A program made the translations under genes and the position numbers. The notes under the pieces were generated by a model. It was given only the letters and a program-made list of their open reading frames with translations. It was not told the origin of the DNA and searched no databases. A stretch of 60,056 bases of DNA, counting the filler, from Bipalium vagum (taxonomy: Eukaryota), in assembly GCA_037834085.1 (NCBI GenBank). It is 3 parts of 3 records of this genome, joined end to end, with 100 filler letters (N's around TTAATTAATTAA, not from the genome) between each part and the next. Parts side by side here need not be neighbours in the genome. Positions count along the whole stretch, not along the records: positions 1 to 20,642 come from JBBMKC010248621.1; positions 20,743 to 43,919 come from JBBMKC010212371.1; 1 more part is not named here. One strand, 5' to 3'. Positions 14,201 through 25,396 of this stretch are shown here, piece by piece (position 1 is the stretch's first letter; each line of letters opens with the position of its first letter).

Positions 14201-14396
14201 TCAGCAGCAATTTCAGACCCAGCAACAACAAAAGTTTTACAATCCCCAGGATTTAATATCCCCATCATCGTCGTCCATAGGTGCAAACAATACCACACTA
14301 ATTTTGCCAAAGCTGAACAGCTTTCTCGTGTCGGGGGATGTTGGCCAACATTTACTGCAACAACAAAAACTGTCCCATCTCAATAACAACATCTGA
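5273..14396 (+). CDS. HP1/CBX-family protein with two chromodomains, a chromoshadow domain and a long low-complexity C-terminal tail (5 exons, ~1260 aa)
   Basis: Phase-compatible GT-AG exons at 5273-5932, 7775-8875, 8926-9027, 9080-9180 and 12578-14396 (3783 nt). CD1 = [31 protein letters not shown]; CD2 = [36 protein letters not shown]|EF. Hinge contains KKKRKR. Chromoshadow = KRGFPRSREADCILAAGMMNDQLMFLIKW|KNIDMANLVSARRANIECPQVVIRYYEQHLNW. Confidence 0.88.
6625..7450 (-). mobile_element. Highly decayed mariner-like remnant in intron 1 of the HP1-like gene
   Basis: TA-CGAGGGGTGTTC mariner-type terminus at ~6625; faint minus-strand LTGND.W trace. Confidence 0.4.
9289..10543 (+). mobile_element. 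Full-length decayed mariner element in intron 4 of the HP1-like gene
   Basis: 21-bp TIRs TTAGGTTGT(G/C)CAGTATGAAAT, TA on both sides, 1255 bp; ITSDEK, LLHDN and PYSTDL motifs broken by stops. Confidence 0.9.
11111..12360 (+). mobile_element. Full-length decayed maT/DD37D-like Tc1/mariner element in intron 4
   Basis: ~28-bp imperfect TIRs (AAGACTGTCTATGATGAAAAGTGGTCG vs reverse complement AAGAGTGTCCACGATGAAAAGTGGTCG), TA flanks, 1250 bp; PDLSCSHYAK and ELRPLEKYWA motifs. Confidence 0.85.
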
Positions 14397-14949
14397 AGAA
14401 AAGGGGTTTTTGTCCACTTTGGGCTTTACAGAATTTCTTTTGACACTAGAGCATTTTTGTAATTAACCTTCAAATGCGTCAATATTTCTGTGTAATATCT
14501 CTCTAAGTTTGCATGTTGGTGGCCACTCAGATTTAATTTGTGTATAAATGTCTTGAATTCTTCAACTTTTTTGTATTATGGCAGTCTTCCATTTTATTTA
14601 CCGTAAAATTCATTTAATTATTCCAGTATTTTTGCAAACAAACTTAAGTTTGATTAGGTTGAGTTCTGCTCATAATTAATGCATAGAAGACCAATTGTCA
14701 ATTTATTAAAATCATATATTATTTATAAAAATGATTAAGCCTTACAATCATGTACTTGGTGGGTTCAAATAATTTGAACTGTTGACTAAATGGCAAGAAT
14801 TTAATAAAAATTAAATTTTTAAGGTGCATCATTTTATTATTCAAGTAATTTCTTAAAATCTATAATTTTGAAAATTGATTCGTCACATTCAATTTTACAA
14901 TCAATGAGAACCCAAAAAACAGCTCTTATAAGCATTTCAGAAATCTTAC

Positions 14950-17300
14950 ATTTCATGATAAGAAATTTAACAGAAGGTACAACTTAAACATTACAATTAA
15001 ATAATATTTCAAATAAACCTATTTATTTATTACTTTTAGAGAATCTGAATTTGAGTAAATAATGCTTATCCCAAAAATCCGATATAATTTGAGAAATGAA
15101 AAAATAATTGAACTTATGTAAATATTTAATAAATGATCCTCAACTAAGTTTATTATAAGCATTTATTATTAGAATTGCAAAATTTATATTTAAAAGATCA
15201 ACCAGAAAATTTATGTTTAAATAGTGTAATAGTAACTTTACATGTTAAAGATTCAGATTTTAAAGGTAAAATAAATGTTTTATAAATGGGACAATTTATG
15301 GAAATAAAATTAAAAGAAAGAAAAATGTATAATATTGAAACAAAAATTAGACAAAATCTCTAAAATATTTTTAAATTTTCTTTTAATAAATATATTGTTT
15401 TTAAATTTTTATAAATAAACTACTATTATTCTTAGCATGGAAATATAAAATACTCAATATCTAAATATTCATAAATATCTTGTAAACTTAATATTTGAAA
15501 ATTTTCTGTAAATAATTGATTTCTTTAAATATAAAATTTTATTTCATTAAAAATATTTTAAAGTAGATATTTAACTTAATTTTTTTATAAATGAAATATT
15601 TATTACTTGAGAAGTTTGACTAATATATTTTATGGAAAAAATATATATTCATGAGTCCCAGAAATAATTTTTAATTTCTAAACTCAACTTTAACATTTAT
15701 CACATTTAATTTGATGTCCATATGGAAAAGTATTTATTCCATTATTATCAATCAAACATTTATATTCAAAGGGACTTAGTGCAATTTTATCTTATTTTTA
15801 AAAAAATACATTTTATTAATTTGATAATTAGAAAAAAAAATTAATTAAAATTTTCCTGGACATAGTGGAAAGTATTTTGTCTTCTCTTTTACTTAAGATG
15901 GATATATACTGAATCAACTACATAAATATATCTATAAATTTTATTTTCTTCAATTAATTCATAAATTAAATTTACATATTCATACATTTCCCCTGTTGGT
16001 AAACGTTTTGTCATACAACTAGAATACTATTAGCATCATAATATTTTAAATATTTTTCTTTAAAGTAATAACTTAAGCCAAAGTTCTTATTCTTGTTAAA
16101 ATTCTTTATAGCTTCATTCCATTCATATTTAGACGACTCATAAGAATAATCAAAATCTTTATTTGTTAATTTATAGTTTAATTTAATATATCTATTTCCA
16201 TGTAAAGAAGAAATGCCACTTCTTATTCCTTTTTCTATTAAAAATAAATGATTATATGCATGTTCTTTCAAATATTTTAATTTTAAATCTTCAAATTTTA
16301 ATCCTATATTCTAACTTCAACCTGGAGCTGAATAACAATAACAAGGATCAATGCCACAGTATTTTAAACATGTTTCCCTAAAATTTTCAAAAAAATCTGA
16401 TAAAATTTAAACATCTAATTTCAAATAATAAAACATATAATCTTTAAAATTATTAAAATCCTTATATTCATTAATAAAATAATTATAATTTTATTTCAGT
16501 AACATAACCATTTATTTTATTATTAAATTCATTTTCTTAAAGTATATTTTATTTGATATCAATTTATTAACTTCATTATAATTAGAACCTTTAATATAAT
16601 CATAAGGATAACATGATTTCAGGTTTTAATTCATTTGATTTTTAAATTTAAATCTTATTAGAATTTAATAAAGTTTTTCTCATTGTTTTAACAGAAATAT
16701 AAATGAACACGTTCTTAAAGAATGTAAAAATCTTATATTCTTAAAACTAAAACTTATATATTCTTCATCTGTGTGGGAAATTATATTTTTTATATCATCT
16801 GAATATTTTGTCATTAATTCTTTAAAAAATAAATGAAAATCATTTCCAGATCCATTATGAAAATAAAATTGAATGAAATTTTTAAAAATTAACTTATCAT
16901 TTATATTACATCTATTGTGAGCGTTCCTCTATTTTTGAAATTTAGATGATCATGATCTCTAACTTTTTTCTGATTTTGATTAAATTATTGAAATTTTTGT
17001 ATTTTCAACTGCTTGCTGGATCAATTACTAGATGTAAAGCAATTACAGAATAAACAAAACATTTATTATCATTATCTTCAATATTTATTATATATCGTGA
17101 TTTGAATGGCATTTTTATATATGAGGATCCTACTAAACTTTGATATTTAAATAAATCTAATTTAATTTATGTTATTTTATCTAATTTCCATCCAGCTATT
17201 TTGTTCTTTATCTTCTATATACATTAACTCAAACAATTGTTCGGATTTTTTCTATTTTTGACTTTAAACCTTAATATCTCAGCTTTAGCAACTCCTATTA
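14950..17300. mobile_element. Polinton/Maverick relic: capsid-like fragment (+, ~14950-15350) and internally deleted protein-primed DNA polymerase B (-, ~15700-17300)
   Basis: Minus strand gives GSSYIKMP..IINIEDNDKCF, VRDHDHL, FHNGSGNDFH, FENFRETC..GIDPCYCYSAPG, GIRSGISS, YYDANS, FPLCP and TFPYGH. The plus-strand block recurs at ~32770 and ~36880. Confidence 0.8.
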
Positions 17301-17679
17301 ACCTAAAAGTTTTACACAATATAAATAATTCTTCCTTCTACTAAATATAAAAAAATTGAAGTAAAAGTGCAACACTAACTTTTTTTTAAATTGTGGAGCA
17401 TCCCAAAATAAACATTGAAACTTTTAATGATCGAATAAACATTTTATTGAACCTTTTATAAATCATGATTTTTATTCCATAATAAACATTTTATTGTTAT
17501 TTTATGTGAAAACATTTTATTCTTGGTTAATAAACATTATAATTTTATTTTTATGTAAAAATTTACAACTGATGATCAGAAAATCCCTTTTTTAATAATT
17601 ATTATTACTATTATTATTATCATTATTAGAAAATTTTCGTAAAAATATAAGAATTAGTAAAAAATTAAAATTGGTAATT

Positions 17680-20642
17680 GTAAAGTTACATTAAATAGAA
17701 AATGGTACAAAATAGTAATAATAAAGTTTATTTTAGGTAAACCAAATACATTAAATTATATTAAAAGTAACTTATAAATTGCTAAAAATAAAACAATAGA
17801 AAAAATATATAATATAAAAACACGTACCTGAAAACATAAGACACAAAAAAAATCGAAGAATCAAAAATAATCATCTCGGCAAGAACAAATAAGAACACGA
17901 GCGAGGTCATTATTCAAATTCCAAGACATAGACGGAATCAACTTACAAAAATCATTCCACAATCAATAGTATACAGAGAGACGTTTAATACCAGAAAAAC
18001 TCAGACCGAACTACGATCGTCATATAGGTGAATTTCATTAGCAAGCAGTGAACTTACTCCGACTATTAGGTGAATATTATAATTATATTGATATTATTAA
18101 TATTATAACTTTATTATATAAATATTCATACTCTGTTTGTACTGACGTATTGAATAATCGTTTAATAATTTTATTTATTACAATTTGAGCAATCTTAATC
18201 GATTGACGTAAATTCTTAAAATTAATATCTTCTAAATAAATACTCGGTGCTTCACCGTTGATTAAATAAATTTTACTGTTTTTCTTTTTCTTCTTTTTTT
18301 GTTCAAAGTTTGCACAGCCGCTAGCTGGCAAATTTCCTGAGGGCTTTAACACACTAGACTAAGTCTGTGTTTAAAGATTCTGAATCAATCAGCCTAAAAA
18401 TCTTATTGTTTACTTGTAATTTAAACTGTGTTAGAACCGATTTATCAATAAAAATTTTATTTAAAAATTTCGTTTATTTCATTGTGTCAGTGCGTTTTAT
18501 ATTAGTGCTTGAACGTTCATCCGTAAATCCTTCTGATATCACATACTTTGTTAAGTGACCTAAAAGCCCAAGTTAAGTCTTTTTAGTTTAAATCAACCAG
18601 GCTTTTAGGAACTTAAAATTTGGTGAGCCTGACGTGATCACGTTCGGAGCACTTTTCAAGTAAAATAATAAATAATAAAATCACGGCGAAAGAAGACAAG
18701 GATCAATAAATTAATTGAAACTCTTGATCTTGCAACACAGACAAATTCACCACTTTGTAAATCAAGGCAACATAAAATAGATCCTCAAACAGACAAAAAG
18801 GTTAAGCTTACACGTACACAGAATCGACAAAGAATCACAGAAACAATTGATAATTTAATAGAAAACGATATGGCAGCACGAGAGAATCAACCAAATGATG
18901 ATGAAAACCCAAGTCAAATTTATAATGGTTATATTAAAATAGATGTTTTCAGTGGGAACCCAGCAGAGTTACTCGACTTCTTAGCAAACTATTATATCAT
19001 AATGAAAGCATACGGATTCACTGAAAAAATCATGATGAACCGTTTGCCCATATATTTAAAAGGCGAAGCTCGGGATGATTATTTAGATCTAGTAGCAAAA
19101 GGTAAAAATGAAAGTTGGTTAAAAGTTAAAGAAGCATTAGGGGAAAAGATATTTACAGGCGATACAGGGCATCTCTTTAGGCAATTTGCTATTACAGTGC
19201 AACAGTCTAATGAAACTGTAGCAGATTATACTCATAAATTAAGGACCGTAGCCCAGAGAGCTATCGGCATACAAGACAATTAGGACGCAAATATACAGGC
19301 AATATTCAAAGACCACAGAAACGAAATTAATACAATGTTCGACGAAAATGATTTCAGATCCGAGGACAACACATCGGAGGTTCACGGGAGTGTAGAGCAC
19401 AGATATCCAAACGAGAAGGCTCCACTAGTTGGGGAGTTGGTGGGAGCCTTATATTAGACGTCAAGGCGAACGGTATGGATGGACAAATAGCTGAGAAGAT
19501 ATACAGGTTTGTGAAGAGGGATAGTTTCGTAGACAGGGAGCAGGTTGAAGACAAGAATATTCCGAATACACAGGTGGCCGAGATTTTATACGATCGAATG
19601 AAAGGCTGACACAGCACAATCGTGGAAATTCAAGGAATAAAATTCGATTGCTTGTTAGACACAGGGACAGTGGTAAGTGTAGTGATGGAAGTAGTGATCA
19701 ATTACGCTGTGCAAATGACACAAATATGACGACCTTAGGAAATATAAAGGTGATAATTAGGAACGAAGGAATGTACCGAGAAGTCGAATTTATTGTGGTG
19801 GACAACGTAGTACCAGGGATGATTGCAGGAATCGATTTTTAAAGGTTATTCGGATATAAAATACATTTTGAGGGAGAGAGTTCAGAATACAGCTATACAA
19901 CAGAAGCAATAAGAATCGGAGAAAATATGATAAAGACAATGGCGAGGACTTCAATGGAAATCTGTGTAACATTGAATCAAAGTTTGGAAGATTAATACAA
20001 ACGGACGAAAAAATCAGGAAAGCTTTGATCTCAGTGAGGAGAAGCTTAGATAAATTATTCAAAAATACGGAGATGCATTCATGGCTGATAAATGGGACAT
20101 TGGTCGAACACACGTCATAAAGCATGAAATCAAAAAGAAAGGAGAGCTAATCAATGTAAAGCCGTTTAGACAACCAATAAATTTAGAAGAAAATTTTGAG
20201 GAGGCCATATAAAACTTATTTGATAATAACATTATTAAGAAATGCAATTCTGCATGGAACACGCTTCTGATATGCGTGTGGAAGAATGATAAAAAGGATC
20301 TGCGACTTTGTTTGGACTTCAGACAATTGAATGCCATGACAGAAAAACAAGCTTTCCCGATGCCAAATGTTGAAGAAATGATGGATATGCTTGGAGAAGC
20401 AAATATCTTCAGTTAAATTGATCTGGGTAACGCATACTATCAGATAGAATTAGATGACGAATCAAAGGAAAAAACTTCTTTCTCTACGAAAGGTGGAAAA
20501 TCCTGTTTCAATCGAATGCCTTTTGGAATTGCAGCAGCCCCAGGAACTTTTGAGAAATTAATGCCGAAGGTCGTAGGGAAGATCAAAGGAGCATTAGTAT
20601 ATTTGGACGACATATTGATATTTTCAGGAAACAAGGAGGACC
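17680..20642 (+). mobile_element. Ty3/Gypsy LTR retrotransposon, 5' half (LTR, PBS, gag, protease, RT), degenerate and cut by the contig join
   Basis: Gag-like ORF 18870-19283; protease LLDTG at ~19651; RT motifs LRLCLDFRQLN, IDLGNAYYQI, MPFGI and LVYLDDILIFS; stops present. The LTR 5' boundary is uncertain. Confidence 0.88.
18621..18638 (+). promoter_or_regulatory. Primer-binding site, tRNA-Trp type
   Basis: TGGTGAGCCTGACGTGAT matches 16/18 to the complement of the conserved animal tRNA-Trp 3' end (ATCACGTCGGGGTCACCA); lies ~230 nt upstream of gag. Confidence 0.75.
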
Positions 20643-20742
20643 NNNNNNNNNNNNNNNNNNNNNNNNNNNNNNNNNNNNNNNNNNNNTTAATTAATTAANN
20701 NNNNNNNNNNNNNNNNNNNNNNNNNNNNNNNNNNNNNNNNNN
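20643..20742. other. Artificial contig-join spacer
   Basis: 44 N + TTAATTAATTAA (stops in all six frames) + 44 N = exactly 100 bp; an identical spacer occurs at 43920. Confidence 0.92.
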
Positions 20743-20971
20743 ATAAAAATAAAAAATAAAACACAAAAATAATCACAATTGTCAATAAATAAATGTTTAT
20801 TGTGGGATACTCCACACAACTTAACATTAATAATTTTTTTAATGAATTATAAAGCTGACATCAACATGTATATAAATTAAATTACTTCAAATCATAAAAC
20901 TTTTATTATAATAAGTAATCTACAATTATTTGTATTTTTACAAGGTGGCTCCAAACATATGGACGGCACTG
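20743..20971 (+). mobile_element. Right end of a Tc1-like element
   Basis: Ends in CCAAACATATGGACGGCACTG-TA, the reverse complement of a CAGTG.. Tc1-type TIR. Confidence 0.5.
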
Positions 20972-21029
20972 TAGTTTTGAAATCAAATTTGTAATGATGC
21001 AATTAAAAGAAGATTTCACTATAACAATT

Positions 21030-21560
21030 TACGTTTTTTTAAAACAGTTTTCCTTCAACCTGTATTAAAATATATAAAAAAATTTTGGATTATGGCTTAT
21101 CAAAAGAAAAAATTTATCAATAGTTTAAAAATGAATTTAACTATAGATTTGATGAGGAAACTATGAATACAAAGAAACACATAAAAATAACTTTATGTGA
21201 TAAAGCAAATGAAATTCAATCTTCAGAGAAATTGGATAAAATTGAAATAAATAAAATTATTTTTGATGATGTAATGAATAAAAGATTATATATATTATGG
21301 AAATCTATTTCATAAAAGTAAGGCATAATGAATGTTTTATAATTTATTTTCTCAATCATCTTTTGATTTAACTTTAAGAAGTATAAGAAATAATCAAATG
21401 TTTTAATTTTATTTAATCTTTTAAAATCTGATAGAGATCAAATTTATTTTAACATGTTAGCACATTTTATGGAAAAATATGAATTTGGTAATTTATACAA
21501 TCTTCAAATGAGATGGAAAGATCATGTCAACCGCATTTTCATGGTGTATGCCTGATTTTA
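21030..21560 (+). mobile_element. Polinton-type packaging ATPase (A32/FtsK-HerA-like) remnant
   Basis: KIIFDDVM (Walker B), YFIKVRHNECFIIY and SQSSF..SIRNN pattern, frameshifted. Confidence 0.6.
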
Positions 21561-21699
21561 CTTTATTTGAGCGAAGGTCTCACGAGATTACCACGAAATA
21601 AACATAAAAAGCATACCAACTGCATTCATTCATTGAATAATTTATTATTAATAATTTACTTATGACCTAAATATGTATAATTCCAACTGTTTTGTACAA

Positions 21700-22315
21700 A
21701 AGTAACAGTTTATTTTAATTCAATGTAAGCTTGTAAAAGTAAATTTTCATTCCCCACTGATAAAACTGGTTTACGATTGTTTGATCGTCTGAGCAGAAAA
21801 GTATTTAAGGAGTTTGAATCCGCAGTGGATTGTCATAAAATTCTCTAACAGAAAACTCCGAAATTTTGCGTAAGAAGAAATTTGTGTCAGAAGATATTCG
21901 AATTTTGTGCCATTTATATACTCAATTATTATGCGACAGGAGCTCACGATGGATCCTGTGCTGTTAGGACGTTTCTGACCGGATTGGACTTAGCAAACCA
22001 CTCTTTGGACCTGTCGTCGTAAAAAACTAGAGAGAATATCATCATTTTGTTTTCTTTGTTTTTTTATAATTTAATTGATATTTAATTCTGATATTTAATT
22101 ATTTGACTGATATTTATTTAATTCTTCAATTGATTATTATTATTATTATTGAATTTTTAGTGTGATCGATCATTGAACATTTGATTTTGTGATTGAAGAC
22201 ATTTCATTGATTATTTGAGACATTGAGTTTGTTATAGTATTGACAAAAGTGAAGGAGTCAATAAACTTTGCGAGCTAAGTGTTACGAAGGTGTTCATAGT
22301 GAAATAATATCATAA
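21700..22315 (+). repeat. Solo-LTR family copy (diverged)
   Basis: TAAGGAGTT.GAATCCGCAGTGGATTGTCA.AAAATTCT, GCGACAGGAGCTC, CTGTCGTC and the 3' block are shared with 33955-34496. Confidence 0.65.
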
Positions 22316-23075
22316 AAATATATCAGTCTTCATTTAAATTTTTGTAACACTTTCGGTGATACAAATATTATGGATTTAATTTTTTAATTAACTTAAATAT
22401 TTTTTAACAATCACAAACGTATTTGTGATTCTGTTTTAACAGTATCGGAAAACTTATTTTATTAGTACAAAATCATGTTCGAATTTTAATCAAAATTATA
22501 ATAACATGATTAATATAATTAATAATAATATTAATCCCATTTATATTGATAATAATAAAATAATTTTCAAAATAATAATAATAAATAAAAAATATAATTA
22601 ATGTAAATAATAGTGATAATAATAATTCTATTAATATTTAATAATACTCTAAAAGTTTAATAAATAAATATTAAAACCGAAATTAGATATTACTTGCATC
22701 GAACCTTGTATAATAAAAACCTTGTTATGATATTGATTTTAATATATAATGAAAATATGAAATTACACATTTTTCAGCCAATATGCACATTGTATTTGTC
22801 AAAATCGATCTGGTTACGGTTAGGTACCCGTTCAGAACAATTTATTTACTCCTCTTTCATTGTTGTTCGACAAGAAACGAATATCAAAAACAACCAAAGG
22901 AGACTCTAAAATCTGATTTTCACTAATACACGAAAATATTTATTAAAGTAAAAGTGGGCACACAGTCTAAGCTTGGTGAAGATAACAGTGACAACACAAA
23001 GTTAAATGTAAGGCAACTAAAATATTCATGATAATCCTTGATAATATAAAATATTAATGTTTGGGCTGTCCCCAT

Positions 23076-23811
23076 CTAAAGATATCTCGACCAGTGCCCC
23101 AATTCCTTGAATTTCGAAGAAAGGGAGCTGTCAACGTAGTTAGACAGGACGCAAATTTTCGTCAAGGTTTTGTTAGAAAAATAGAATGATTTGCAGTACG
23201 GAGAGTGGAGACATCTAAAAATAATTTCGAGACTTACTAAAAAATGCAAGATAAATTACCGACCTCACACCGCATTCTATTTTCGATTTGACAGTCAATT
23301 GCGTATAACAACCAGTTTCCCCTTGATTAAAAGAGACTTTTTTATCACTTATAAATTGTCTTGATTGCTTGGAGGTCAAAGTATGTTTAACACAAATCGT
23401 TTTAAAATTTCCTTCACATGATTTGTCGCTCAACAAACCATTAAGAACAGAACAATCTTCATCATTATTATTGTGCATATTCGGCTGTCCTTTTATCCAC
23501 ATTACAATGTCCTTAAATTCAGAACCGTCTCCTTGTAACCAACCTGTTTGGTTTCTCATTCTCTCATTGAGAAGATCATTGATACTAGTCCAGTAAATTT
23601 CCTTTTTAATAAGACTTGATTTTATAGCTTTGGTCTCGTTTCCCAAAAGCAATCTGCCACCTTCATCCGTACATTTCTTCCAGCCATCACAAAAAGTCAT
23701 TTTTGTTTTTTGCTCATTTAAACAAACGCCATGCTTCACTGAATAAGGCTTGGTGCACATGGAACGAACCTCATAAAGGTAGTGAAACATAAAGAGGACA
23801 GAAATTCTCAT
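23076..23811 (-). CDS. Secreted C-type lectin domain + PAN/apple-like domain protein, paralog 1 (2 exons, 228 aa)
   Basis: Exons 23811-23264 and 23214-23076, 49-nt phase-2 intron. Hydrophobic N-terminus; CTLD pattern C..C..CTDEGGRL..YWTSI..W..GQPN..EDC..LSDKSC..IC; followed by SKIECGVR|CLHSPYCKSFYF..CVLS (apple-like). Confidence 0.82.
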
Positions 23812-23880
23812 TTATCTCATCAGGTAAAATAATGAAAAGTTCAACTGCCATCACTTATAAATGGACACAAAATGACTCCC

Positions 23881-23903
23881 AACCAATCAAAAAGGTCCAA
23901 TGA
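23881..23903 (-). promoter_or_regulatory. Double CCAAT motif upstream of lectin paralog 1
   Basis: AACCAATCAAAAAGGTCCAATGA, 70-92 nt from the ATG; nearly the same motif at an equivalent position in paralog 2. Confidence 0.5.
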
Positions 23904-25396
23904 AAAAAGTCCACGAAGTTTAAAATCAATTTTATTCACTTTACTTGGTCCTTTTTTATGGGGGAAGAAAAATTAATTTTATTTTGTTTTACAGTCTTAG
24001 ACTTTTGATATTTAAAATTAATTTTATGTATAATTTTTTTTATTTATATTTTTATTATTGTATTAAAAATATTAAGTGAAATTAATTTTTACATGGTCAG
24101 AGTTACCGTGTTTTACATTGAATCTCAACTTCATTAAGTTAAACATGACAAGAACATCAGCAAGGCAATAAAATAGTCATTTATTTTGATATCATAAAGT
24201 GGTTGAACTTCGATATCACTGCAGCTCTTTTGTCAATGTCAATTTTGTTTACTTAATGTTACTTTAATATTTCTTATGTTATACAATTTTTTGGACTTAC
24301 AGAGTGATTTTTTAATTAGCGGAAGCTTTATGGAAGCGCAGCGGCCATTTTCATTAAATTTCATTAACATACTATATATAGTTTCAAAAGTAAAGCTAAA
24401 ATTAATATTCTTTGAGATTAAATTAGTCATTTTAAACAAAAATGACATACTGGAGCTATTTCGCATGAGATCTTAATATTTAAATCAAATGAAGTTGAAT
24501 TTTTTACGTTTGTTTTATTAATTAAGTTCATCAAGGACTCGTGAGACGAAATTTAGTTTTTAATTAATTAAGATTTATCTCATAGATGAAAAGTTTTAAA
24601 TAATATTTTAAATATTCACATTTTTATTATTTATTATTACTCCAACTAGTTTTTAAGAACAGAAATTGAAAAAGATTTGTATTGAAGAAAGAGTTTATGT
24701 GAAATTTTGTTTAATACCTTCGTGATATAAACGGCTTGTTCATGTTTGATATTTACATTATTTATTCTCATTTTTATATATATTCTTTTCAAATTCCTTT
24801 AATAATTTTATTATTATGTTTATTATTTACATAATTATTTTCCGAGTTTGGTAAGACAATAACGGCTTCTCATAAATAAATTCAAACCTAATAGATTTTC
24901 TGAACATATTTGTTTGAACGCGTTAATTTATAAACAGTATGTAAGCGCAGAAATAGTTTTACATTTCAATAGGTTTAATTCATGTCTTCTGTGAGTTTAT
25001 CGATTACAAAACCCTGTTATACACGTCATTGAAAAAAACTTATTTCGCGTTTACAGGAATGAGCTCCTTGACATGGATAAATATATACATAATATCTGCA
25101 GTAGACTGCAACAGGCTTTGATCTCTACATATGTCAAGTTTTTAAATTTAAATTGTTTGAAATAAGTTTTCGCGAATATGCTCAGTGATAACAATAAATT
25201 TTTTTTATAAATATATACTTCTTATTTTTAGAGATTTGTTTTAATAAAAATGTCGTCACAAATAAATCGAGCAGAATGATAGTAAGGCTTTCAGCTTTTT
25301 TTTATTGATAAAATGTAATAATAATAATGATAATATTAAAAAGGCAATAATACTAACACTATATTTGTAAAGGAAAAAAAATTCAGATTCCACTTA

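Noticed and set aside
20687-20698. TTAATTAATTAA as a biological motif (also 43964-43975)
   Set aside because: Centred in exactly 100-bp N spacers twice; an assembly linker.
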